A stretch of DNA of 64,000 nucleotides, taken from Dicyema japonicum. Its lineage: Eukaryota > Animalia > Dicyemida. The stretch spans positions 421,668-485,667 of the forward strand of contig RDEW01000006.1 in assembly GCA_011109175.1 (NCBI GenBank). Reading direction: 5' to 3'. The notes under the pieces are model-generated. The model was not told where the DNA came from, did no database searches, and was given only the letters and a program-made list of their open reading frames with translations. Shown piece by piece: positions 1 to 12,222 of this stretch. How positions within the stretch are numbered: position 1 is the stretch's first letter; every line of letters begins with the position of its first letter. The translations under genes were made by a program, and so were the position numbers.

Positions 1-1256
1 AAATTCTCTCACTGCGTGGATCCCAGCTTCACAGCCGCCATTGATTCGGACACCAAGCTGCGAAGGACAAAATTCGACTGAAATTCGGGAGATAACAAAA
101 CGACAAGCCATTTTTGCGGATAAACGTCGAAATACGTTTCCAATTGCAATGGGGCAAATGCCACCATCTTTCTTTCCAAGGCCCGTTAGATTCGCTGAAA
201 AGAGGAGATTCCGACCAAAATCGGAAACGTTTCCGGAAAGCATGCGAGCTACGAGATCCCGGGTTCGCTCCAAGAGTAGCGATCCTGGCCTGCCGACAGA
301 ATGGGACACCAAGTCTGACAGATGGTCAGGTTTGAGACCGTAAACTCCTCCACTGCTACTTCTTCGGAAAGAACAAAGAGCGTTGTAAATGGCTGAAGTG
401 GAAATATCATGCATAGATTGTTCTGGACGAACAGGTTTACAAACGTCTTCTGGTTTTGGAGGATGTTTCTGTCCCAATATACAGAGTGTCTCCTGAGTGG
501 CTTTCACTGGGTCATAATCCGTACAAACAGTTCGAACTGCAGCAGTAAGATCGCCCTCCATCAATTTCCTCCTGACACGAGAGCGAAGCCTCTCAGGAGC
601 CATACTGGATGTTTGGAATTGGACTTTGGGAAGTAATCAACTGGGGAAACAAATAATTCTTCAGCTAGGGACTCCCATGAATCCATAAAGGCACTCACGC
701 GCTTCTTCAGGACATGGGATAGAGAGGGTTTCCGAGAAGATGGGGCAGGCTTACGCTCTAACCCCATAGCCAGGACAGGGAAAGAAAAAAGAACCATCCA
801 ATCCTTGTTCGAGCTATTGGACACAGCTTTCTCAATGCAAGAAGAAAGGGCAGAAGCAATTGAGATCCGGGAAGCCTTGGGGATCCTGACAGGGATAATC
901 TTCCTTTGTCGCGTGTTTGATAATAAAACCAGAAAATCCTCCGGAGACATGGCTTCCATAAGATCTGATACAGATGATGAATACACAAAATGATCATGAG
1001 GTTCAATTTTAGTGAGTTCCAGTCGGCACGACCGGCACGACCACGAGGGAAGTGATCGAGCAATTTTTTTGGATAGTTTTTCACAACCTATGTGGTAGTA
1101 ACCAACACATACAAGAACATCGAATCCCGCACTTGCGAGAATTGGATACTCAGCACCCTTTGCATGAGGTGTCTTCGTGTAGTACATCACAAAAAACAGA
1201 CATGAATAGATAATAGGAGAGAGGACTGTATATATTAACGACGACAACGACAACAA
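1..1256 (-). mobile_element. CRE-like (RLE-type) non-LTR retrotransposon 5' part: PHD finger plus start of RT; runs off the window start; frameshifted
   Basis: ORF 561..1256 contains YHIGC...WSCRSC and IPVRIPKASR. Downstream minus-strand frames give GLKPDHL, PIAIGNVFRRLSAK and QLGVRINGGCEAGIHAVR, typical of CRE-like RT. Confidence 0.75.
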
Positions 1257-1489
1257 CGATCATCTTAGATTAAACCAAGAGATAATATTTTTTACCCTTT
1301 CCAATTGAGAGATTATAAAAGATTCACAAATAATCATTAATCAAACCATTAGAATATGGTGGCGTCGTAGGTTCTCAAAATAATAATTAATTTTAACCAT
1401 GTGAATATGTTGGCATTTTTGTTTCTTAAAATAATCATCAATGAACCATTAGAATATGCTGGCAAAATTATCCTAATTACATCATTCGT

Positions 1490-2385
1490 ATCACGGTTTA
1501 TAAAGCGTACTTAAATTTAAATCCTGCCGGCCTTTTTTCCCCAAGCACGTCGAAATTTGCCTTTTTTATTCTACCAACAGTAGCATTCCAAATCATCTCT
1601 GGGGGATTTTCCATATATCTGTTTAAAATCTCTTTCTTAATTGTCATACAATAATCTTCACTCACATAATTTTTCCACAATTAAACGATCCAAATAAGCT
1701 CTCTTCTTTTTAGCTTTGTCTATTCCGAAATATCTTTTCATTCTGCAACCAGCGGTTTATGATCACTATAAGTGATGGTGCCTCCATAGCTGCGGACTCT
1801 GTTAGTAAAGACGAAGAGATCTTTTACATATAACATATCAATCTGATGTATATCCGGACATAGTCACCATTTCCATCCTTTCTGAGTCGATTCCACGTAG
1901 TTTTATGCCTCGCATTGTGGTCGAATGCAGAATTAGAAATAAAGTAGTCAAACATGTTACAAAATTGCACGAGCGATTTTCCTAACATATTCCTCCTTCC
2001 CCTGGCATGCCTACCCATACAGGGTTCTCTCCTTGGATTGTGTCCCACTTTAGAATTCCAATCTCCACACAAAGAGGTCATAAACGAACCATTGAGATCA
2101 GAGATGGTATCCGTTAGTGACATATAAAACAAATCAAGTTCATCGGGATTTGTAGAAACCCTCGCCATTGTGGGCGCGTAGACATTAATTATGGATATAA
2201 AGGAATTGTCAGTCCTCCCACTCTTAATCTGGAGTACTTCTATTCTGTCATTCACCCTCCACACTCTGTGGATTCTCCCATCAAGACATTGATGTATAGC
2301 AAAGTCAAGCCCGTAGTGGTGCATTCGGAGTCTAGTAGTGTAAGTCTAACTCTCCATAATTCTCCTCAACTGCATCTTTCCTCTC
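1490..2385 (-). mobile_element. RTE-clade LINE fragment (APE endonuclease)
   Basis: ORF 1824..2324 has INVYAPT, LCGDWNSKVG and HKTTW endonuclease motifs. Confidence 0.85.
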
Positions 2386-2772
2386 GAATCGCTTGTTTAA
2401 ATCAAAAATTTAGATTGTAATTTTAACTAGAATAGATTATTTAACATTTAATTTGCCTCTCGGGATCGGCCAAAAATCGTCTATTTCAGAAATTTATGTA
2501 GAGACAAAGAACACCGAAATCGACGTACTATTGGTAGCAATAAGGAATTTTCTCCCCCAACTACTAATTACTAAATAATAATTATAAAAATTTAAATATT
2601 CATTATTAAATGTCACAGACTGATAAATCGTTACTTACGGAACAAAACTAAATTGTCTAAAATTAATAATCTACGCATTAATAGATACAAGATACATCTC
2701 CAGCTAATAGTTAGCTAAAAAACGAGTTTTTTGTCTGCACATAACCAACATCCCCATTAAAAAACGAAACTA
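2383..2772. repeat. Dispersed AT-rich repeat (uninterrupted copy); a second copy is split over 6750-6966, 9479-9584 and 14050-14150
   Basis: Direct similarity: ctctcgaatcgcttgtttaaatcaaaaa at 2383 and 6752; gtcacag.ctgataaatcgttacttac at 2612 and 9511; ctccag.taatagttagctaaaa at 2698 and 14068. Confidence 0.85.
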
Positions 2773-2918
2773 CTTTATTGTTTAAAAATTTATTTAAATA
2801 TAGGTTTACCATTAAAAAAATAATGCATATGAGAAAACTGGCTCGATGTACTGTTTGTATACGTTCATCAGGACCGGGTGACCACCACTCTTCCATATTC
2901 CCCATAAACTTTGCAATA

Positions 2919-4165
2919 CAGTCCGACCCCAAAATGGGGCAGACCCAGGGGTGGAGCACCCTCGGATTTTGGGACACCTTTTTTTCAAATCAACACTTTG
3001 GCAGAATAAAATGAAAAATCAATAAAAAATTATGGAAATTTTGGGGCATCGTAAAATCATTTATTAACAATTTTTAAGATAATAAAATTATATAAATTAA
3101 TTATTTTTTGTTTTATTTTCAATTTTCATTTTTGCTGTGGTTATGGATTACGAAGCTAAATTGAAAATTGCTAAAGAAATTATGAGGAACAATTTATCTG
3201 AAAGGATTTAATCACAAAGTACAAGACAAGTAAAGGAACTATTTCAAGAATCAAACGAAATATTGTACCTTTCTTACACCTCGGCAATACTAGTCTGAGT
3301 TTTGAGGCATTTAAAGTCGATAAAAAATTTTGATGATCAAGTCATTGAAGTATTTCAAAAGTGGATAAAATTCCGATTTCAGGCCCTACTTTGAAAAAAA
3401 TCGCCTTAGTTACAGCTTCAAAATTGGATTTACTTCTTTTAAAGCCTCCAATGGGTGACTTGATAGATTTAAATTGCTACATGAGCTTCAATTCAAGTTA
3501 ATATGTGGAGAAAAGGCCTCATGCAATTTATCTCAGGTTAAAAATTATTTTTAAAAATTTGACGAGAAAGTATTAAAACATGGACCTCAAAATGTATTTA
3601 ATTGCGATGAAACCGCACTTTTTATAAAAAGAACTCCCCAAAAATCATTTGTTGAAAAAGGCGAACAGTGTTTTGGCTATAAACAAGGAAAAGAAAGACT
3701 AACTGTTCTTCTATGCTGCAGTTTAATTGGAGAAAAACTTGAAAATAGATGTGGCATGTATTGTTAATTGTTGGAAGAGAATCGACAGGAACCGTGATGC
3801 GACAGACTGTCCAACAGATCAACTTCTAAATCATGTTGTAGACGAAACAATTGATGTAGAATGCGAAGAGTCCGAAAATAATATCTATAGTGGATGTTCA
3901 GAAACGGAGAATTCTGAAAATATCGTAGAAGAAACAAATGATCAGCTAAACAAATTGGAAGAAAAAATTTCACGTGGCACCGAAAATACTGCGAGACTTC
4001 TATGATTTCCGGCTAAAATTAACAAATGATATACGACAAAACTCTAAAATTAAAATAACTGATTATTTTGGCAAAAATGTTATTTGATGTTAATTATTGA
4101 TTCAATTTCAGAAATAATAATAAACCCCTGTTTTTGGGGCACTTGGTTCACCATTTAGGGGTCTG
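2919..4165 (+). mobile_element. pogo/Tigger-like DNA transposon relic
   Basis: TA-flanked imperfect TIRs (CAGTCCGACCCCAAAATGG vs reverse complement of ccatttaggggtctg). Remnant peptides FKASNG*LDRFK, NCDET and RLTVLLCC. Confidence 0.75.
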
Positions 4166-4339
4166 TACGTTCAGTCTCTTCTCGCATTTCAATAGATTGT
4201 TACTACGTGTGGTGTCAAACAATAACGATTATTTTCACAAAAAGCAATAATTTTGGTTTAATAAATTACTAAAATGGATTTATATTAAAATGAAAATCAT
4301 TTAGGACTGCCAACAGAAAAAATTAAATTTCATATAACT

Positions 4340-4760
4340 ACTCCCCCTCTACACTAGAGTTTTTCGGACGTTTTGGAAACCGGATCACCTCATGCACTGG
4401 AGATCTCCGCGAACGCCGCTGGCTGTTTGAGCGAAATTCGCTCGCAAGTCTGAGAAGGAACAGCCACGCAGTGAGAGCGGCAGCTCACTAATGTTTTGTC
4501 TATCATTTTTAATAAAAAATTATCTAAAAAAAACTTTTTGGTTGTGCAGGTGACGTGGTTCTTAAACACTATGTCTGGAAAACAAAGAATTAACAAACAA
4601 GACTACTGACGTTCAATGTCAGGGGGCTCTCTAATACCTCAAAAAGAAAAGAACTTTGTGAGGACTTTTCAAGATACAAAGTATCTTCGGATGTCTTCAA
4701 GAAACAAAATTAACCAACAAGATAGAAGAGCAATACTGAGAGTTCAGTCACGTCCTATGA
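4340..4760 (+). mobile_element. 5' end of an RTE-like LINE (GC-rich UTR plus endonuclease N-terminus)
   Basis: Frame reading LLTFNVRGLSNTSKRKELCEDFSRYKV at ~4600-4685, homologous to the endonuclease start at 27700-27790 (-). Confidence 0.6.
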
Positions 4761-4905
4761 CATAGCGTGCGTATAATATAATATAACAACTATGATATTT
4801 TCTAGAAAATAGTTCCATGACACGTGGTATACATGGTTATCACGTGGTTAATATAATGTATTTCATAAATTATGTTTTAGTATATTAGAGTTGTTAGCTA
4901 AATGA

Positions 4906-6039
<1,134 letters not shown>

Positions 6040-6968
6040 TCAAACAGATTCGAATATTTCCATTTTTATATTAAAATGAATATTAATAGTTTAGCAATTG
6101 TGGTTGAAAGCATAATAGATTTATAATAATAATCACGTAATATGAGTTTAATCATTTGTCCATTTTCTTTAATAAAAATGAATTTCGCTTTGTCATCTAA
6201 TTGCATCTGTTAAAATAACTAGACTTAAAATATTAGTAATTTTTTCAGAAATATTCGACATTTAAGGGTTGATAAATCAGAACGATCTATAATAATCCAT
6301 TGAACCTCCCTAACCCAATTTATTATCTAAGGCTGCAATGTACCAGACGTCTTCAAAAAACTTAGTTCAGCATCAGTCGAACGAGCAATTTCACTATTAT
6401 CAAAAATTCTCTAAGGATCGCAACTCTAAATCAATAGTATCTATCAATCTTTGATTTATTCTATAACAAAAAATTTTTATAGACATTTTTAAATTTGTTT
6501 AAGTTTTATAGGTAAAAATACAAAAATGCTTTTTTGCTATTTTTTAGAAAATTTACTTTTGCCCTACTCATTAGTAATTCTCGTAGATTCAACATAAGCA
6601 GCATCACCAGCAGGATTGTGTTCATTGACTTTTTTAAAGATGATGTCTCCCTTAGTGAGTAATTTGGCTGACATTTAATTTTGTAATAGCGTACACATTT
6701 CCAAAATGTGCCTTCGCCATTACATTGTTCAAAAGGTAAATATTGTCAAAACTCTCGAATCGCTTGTTTAAATCAAAAATTAAGAAATTTAGATTGTAAG
6801 TTTTAACTAGAATAGATTAGTTAAAATTTAAATTGCCTTTCGGGACCGGGCAAAAATCTTCTATTTCACAAGATTATTGTAGAGAAATAAGAATACCGTA
6901 TTCTACGTACTATTATTAGCAATATTGAATTTTCTGCCCCAACTACTAATTACTAAATAATAAATATA

Positions 6969-9476
6969 CAGTAAACTGTCTTAAATTTGCCAATTCTTAG
7001 ATTTGCCATTTTTTAAGAAATATTCTAATTTTAGTGGAAATTTGCCAATTCCGAAATTTGCCTGATTTTTTTTATAGTTTTAAAAAATTATTGAAAATTA
7101 AAACAATAAACTTTATTCAAGTAGCATGCCTCGTTGTGATTCTAGTGGTCGATGTACAAGACTCACTATCGAACAGAAAGTGCAAATACTGCGTTATAAG
7201 GACGACAACAACTTATTATCATGCCAAAGAATTGCCGACAAATTTTCCTTTTTGTTTTATAGTTAACATTTGCTGGAGGACAGTTAACGCTATCTCAAAG
7301 AGTTGTGGGTCAATTTTTGAACAATTCATAAGTAAAAATTCCTAAAAAAACAGTCAAAGAATTAAAGTTCCCGCAACTTTACGAAACGGTTTTTGAGTGG
7401 ATGGATTCGATGGAATCAAAAGGTATTCTTAATTTTTTTAATTTTAAGGTGCATTGTTGAACGGTGCATTAAAATCCAATTAGGCAGAAAATAATGTTCT
7501 TTCCTAAAAATGCTACAGGAATAATTCAGCCAATTGATTTGGGAATTATTAAAGAATTCAAAGTCCACTTTAATAGACACAAATTGGACTTTTTACTGGA
7601 TTATTGGAAAATAAAACATGTCACTTCATATAAAAAATTGAACCTTAAAGACACTGTTCTACTTATAAAAATGGCCTGGGAAGATGTATCCTCTAAAACA
7701 AACAAAAAAATTTTTTCAAATACTAAAAAAATCGGTTACTAGTACACCTTTAGAAATGTGAACATAAGAAATATAATCTAATACGGATATTCACGATCCG
7801 ATTGAAATCTAAGAATTTGTCTATAAATTATTCTGAAAAAAATTCAATAGATGAAGAAAAAAAAACATCATTATTTGATGACAATGAGATACTCATCCAT
7901 GAAGAAATTACTGAAGTGAAACCCCTAAACAAGAATGAAATACCATCCAAGTTAAGCGAAATTGAATGGGATTTTGTTGAGAATGCTAAAAACGAAGAGA
8001 ATGTCCTGATTACATCTATTAGAAAATTTAATAAAATTATTATTAGCACTTTCACGAGAGCCATAATATTTATAGCATGTGCAGCAAAAAATATAAGAGA
8101 ATTAGTTAGGTTGTTCCAAGCTCTTCTGTTTTTTGCTAGGTCCCTCAGTGAGTCCAGATCGTCACCAGATGCCAATGTTTTCTTCACGGCTTTCAGATCG
8201 TTTTGTAGAACGACCGGGAGCGTAGTTCTCGGTCTTCCACGAAAGCGTTTTACATTGGAGGAGTAGTAATCTTCCATTGCGATTTTCGGAGGGGATATCG
8301 GGTCCAACCTCAGGACGTGTCCAAAAAGTCTCCAACGAGAGCTAATGATCTCGTGGCTTAATGGTATACAGTCACACTTATTTTACAGTCCATTCCGCGA
8401 GATCTTGGATGGCCAGGACATTCCAGGTATGTTTCTTAGATGATTCATGTGAAATGAGTCTAGCCTCTCCAATTCCTCTTTAGAGGTGGCCCAGGTCCCA
8501 GAGTTGTATAGTAGAATTGGTTTTATGAAAGTGTCGTATAACATAATCCTTATTAGAAGATTTATGAATTATTAGAAATAATAAACAAAGAAAGTAAATG
8601 AGAATTGAATTTTATTTCGATGGAATTTAATACTTCATTTTTGTAAAGTAAAACAATCAATAATGTAATTAAAATAACACAGCCAACCATCCAAGGTGGA
8701 TCCGCCGACATTATATCGACGTTATTTATTTAATAACCCCGAAAAGGGAACATCAAGAAAAGACAAACTAAACCAACTAGTTAAGTGATCCCGGTACGCC
8801 TCAACAGGGTCGAGAGGTTTTTCCTATGTTCCTCCAGAGTACCCACGGCTTTCCTGAATAGACGACGATCATCTTTTATTAGAGTTTGAAGAGGGGTGGG
8901 TTTTTCCCCAAATTTCGTGTATTTGAGGCTCTAGCCTTGAATGGAAGAAACGACTTGTTTCTTGAACACACAGACCGATGAAGCCGGAGCCGTTATTTTT
9001 GATTGCGGCGTAGTCAAGCATTGGGGGGTAGATTTGTTAGACGTGCAAGTTTACCTGTTAAGGAGTTGATCTTTTCACAAATTTAAAATGTTAAAACGTG
9101 GCGTCATGTGGTTCACCTTTTGTGGTGGCGCTCAGTGTAGAAAAACACCAAAAAGAATCATTTGCTCTTCCCCATCCAGACTCCTTATGCCTGGATGGTA
9201 TACCTCATCGACGTCGTTGCCTCTTACGATTGTAGCAGAGATCAACTGAAGAAACCACCGGGTCTCACGTGAGTCGTGGCTTTTTAGCGTAGCTAGGCGT
9301 CCAAGTTTCTTTAGGACTTTACACTTTTTTAAATAATTTTTTTTGTAATAAAATCATATTTAATTATTTTCATCGATGAGAAGTTACCCAATAACTATTT
9401 TAAAATTATTGATTAAATTTTGAAATTTGCCAATTCCCAAATTTGCCGCAAAAAATGGCAAATTTGGAGTTTACTT
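6969..9476 (+). mobile_element. pogo/Tigger-like DNA transposon with nested insertions
   Basis: TA|CAGTAAACT...AGTTTACTT|TA ends with repeated aaatttgcc subterminal motifs. HTH RLTIEQKVQIL and DDE_1 PKNATGIIQPIDLGIIKEFK (ORF 7494..7742). The host repeat resumes right after 9478. Confidence 0.85.
8030..8555 (-). mobile_element. RTE-like LINE 3' fragment nested in pogo
   Basis: PKIAMEDY..RFRGRPRTTLP..DL..AKNRRAW C-terminus followed by an (aat)-type tail. Confidence 0.85.
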
Positions 9477-9688
9477 TAATTCCTAAAAATTTAAATATTA
9501 ATTATTAATTGTCACAGTCTGATAAATCGTTACTTACAAAACAAAACTAAATTGTCTAAAATTAAAAATCTACACATTAATAAATGTCGTATCACGTCCG
9601 GGCTGATAAGTCTAATTTATCATTCAAAAACAATTGGTTACCGGACTCTTTTCGGAGGAAAAACGAAATTTTTAATTTTGTCTTAAAA

Positions 9689-10750
9689 CATGTTCGACGT
9701 AGTATGGGGCGAAAATAGGAGACCTTGAAATCGGTCCCCGATTTTCGGAGTTTTAAAAGGACATAATTCATTCAATTTTATCCCAAGAACACAAAATCGG
9801 GCATCCTGGTTTTAGCAAATTGACAAAACTTATATCAGATAAATATGTTGGAATAAAAAATGATGTTATTATCAGATTTATATCAAATTGCGATTCCTGA
9901 ACAAGTTTTAATTCTCTAAAAACATCTGAAGAAATCAAAATACTCACTGTTTCTAAAAATTATCAACGATTTATGGCTGATTGCATCGATTTTAGAAGAT
10001 ATGCTTCGGACAATAATGAATTCAAATGGATTTTAACAGTGATCGATTGTTTCTCCAAGTATGCCTGGGCATTTCCGCTTTTTAATAAAACTGCAGAAAA
10101 TGTAAAAATTTCATTGGAACATCTTTTTCTGACGGTTGGTCCACCAGTTTCATTACATACTGATAACGGAAAAGAATTCCGTAATTGAAATATGACTAAT
10201 TTTCTCACCGATAGGAAAGTCAACTCAATTAACGGAAGGCCTAGAAATCCTAACTCACAGTGTCAAGTCAAACGTTATAACCAAACACTTAAACATTGGT
10301 TAGCAAAAACACTCTTCGAAACAAGATCAGCAAAGTGGGTTGATATTTTGGAAAAACCCGTTTACAAATATACTGTGTCTTGCCATCGTGCGACGAGAAA
10401 ATCGCCGTTTAAATTATTTCGTGGCATTCCAGGTTTCATTGTTGGTGCAGTATCTGACATGCAACTGTCAGATGAGTCAACTGAGGAATGTAATAAGGAG
10501 GTTATGATACATTTGGAGAAATATAAGAACAAAACAAAAAAAACACCAATAAAAATTTCAGAAATGAAGATATAAAGATTGGGGACTTCATACGTATAAA
10601 AAAAGACTTTGATAACAATCAACTGACAAGAAAATTCCCATTGGAAGCTTTTTTGAGAAAGAATAATACCAAATGATTGAAAAGAAATTGTACTCTGTCA
10701 TAGTCGAAGATTCTACAGGAAACAAACAGAAAATATCAAAGATTCGAATT
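9689..10750 (+). pseudogene. Retroviral-type (rve) integrase with H2C2 zinc finger, disrupted
   Basis: EHKIGHPG...FISNCDS, IDF, WILTVIDCFSKYAWAFPL, LHTDNGKEF, GRPRNPNSQCQVKRYNQT (catalytic Glu appears replaced by Lys); several stops. Confidence 0.85.
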
Positions 10751-10831
10751 AAAAAAATCAACAATAATTAGATATGTTTTTACATTCCCTTATTTTCTAT
10801 TATGGATTTGGTTAAAGTCAATTTCTTAAAT

Positions 10832-11234
10832 GGGTTAGGGTGAATTAGAATGGATTAGGATGTATTAGAGAATGAGTTATTTTGAATAAGAGAATGGGTT
10901 AGGGAGAATTAGAATGGATTAGGATGTATTAGAGAATGAGTTATTTTGAATAAGAGAATGGGTTAGGGTGAATTAGAATGGATTAGGATGTATTAGAGAA
11001 TGAGTTATTTTGAATAAGAGAATGGGTTAGGGTGAATTAGAATGGATTAGGATGTATTAGAGAATGAGTTATTTTGAATAAGAGAATGGGTTAGGGTGAA
11101 TTAGAATGGATTAGGATGTATTAGAGAAGGAGTTAGGGTGAAGTGAAGAATGGGTTAGGGTGAATTAGAATGGATTAGGATGTATTAGAGAAGGAGTTAG
11201 GGTGAAGTGAAGAATGGGTTAGGGTGAATTAGAG
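10832..11234 (+). repeat. Minisatellite, 64-bp unit, ~6.3 copies
   Basis: gggttaggg recurs at 10832, 10896, 10960, 11024, 11088, 11152 and 11216. Confidence 0.95.
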
Positions 11235-11377
11235 CATCGGTTGTTTTTATACATTCAAAAGGTTGTTTTATTGACAGAATAGAATGTTCGAACTCTAATT
11301 AAATTGACTTGTAATATTTATCCATAAATTCTCTTTTTATTTTTTATATTAACATATTATTACTATAAATAAATCCT

Positions 11378-12215
11378 TCTGCTCAGATCCAAAAGAAACT
11401 TCTCATATGGATAAGGGATTTTCCTAACAGGACAGATTTCCCAAGTACGTGTTGGAGCACAGATGTCGAAAGACATCATACTGAAGAGGGGAGTTCCTCA
11501 GGGTTCCGTCCTGAGCCCTGCTATTCAATATATTCCTATCTGATTTTCTAACTCAACCGAATATAAACACAAGACTATTGATATACGCCGATGATATTCT
11601 GATCACAGATACATCTGACAAATCAACTTTTTCGGAGAAAAGAATCATGTCATTCATTGGACAAGTTCAGGACTGGTGCACAAAAAGAGGGATGAGATCC
11701 AGTCGCCTAAGGAGGCATCAGAAGCAGCCTTACTCATTAGAGATTCCTAAAGTAAACTCAATGCGCTACCTCGGGATAGCAATCGATGGGAATGGTTCCT
11801 TCATCGAGGACATAAGACGAAAAAGGAAGAAGGCGCTTCAAGCACTCTTATGTACGAGAAAGTTGTTTGTAAGCCTGGAAACCTTCTTGTTCATCTTCAT
11901 GAGGATCATCCTACCGGAACTGCTATATGGATGCGAAGCATGGTTTTTCTCTTGCCAAATAGAAAGAATAATGTTTTTCATGGAAAAAACCAGAAGGTCG
12001 GCAATAAAGTTGGCTTTGGGGAAAAGGCTCTGGGATGCTCTCAGTACTGAAGAAGACATGATTTTAACTCCTGTTAAAAACATCGTAGAGAAAATAATCA
12101 ATGGGATCCAACGATAGAAGATAACTAAATGGAGTGTGTATACATCGGAAGTGTCCAGGCCACATAGGCGGACACGTTTAAATATCCTAAAAATAACTCC
12201 TTACTTACTTACTTT
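11378..12215 (+). mobile_element. 5'-truncated APE-type (Jockey/I-like) LINE RT fragment, RT-A'
   Basis: GVPQGSVLSP, LIYADD, YLGIAID, LLYGCEAW; ends in a (TTAC)3 tail at ~12200-12213. Confidence 0.85.
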
Positions 12216-12222
12216 GGAATAA

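Noticed and set aside
41-343. Short ORFs antisense to or overlapping TE frames (this one and many 60-100 aa ORFs in the track)
   Set aside because: They are shadow frames of retroelement or host coding sequence.
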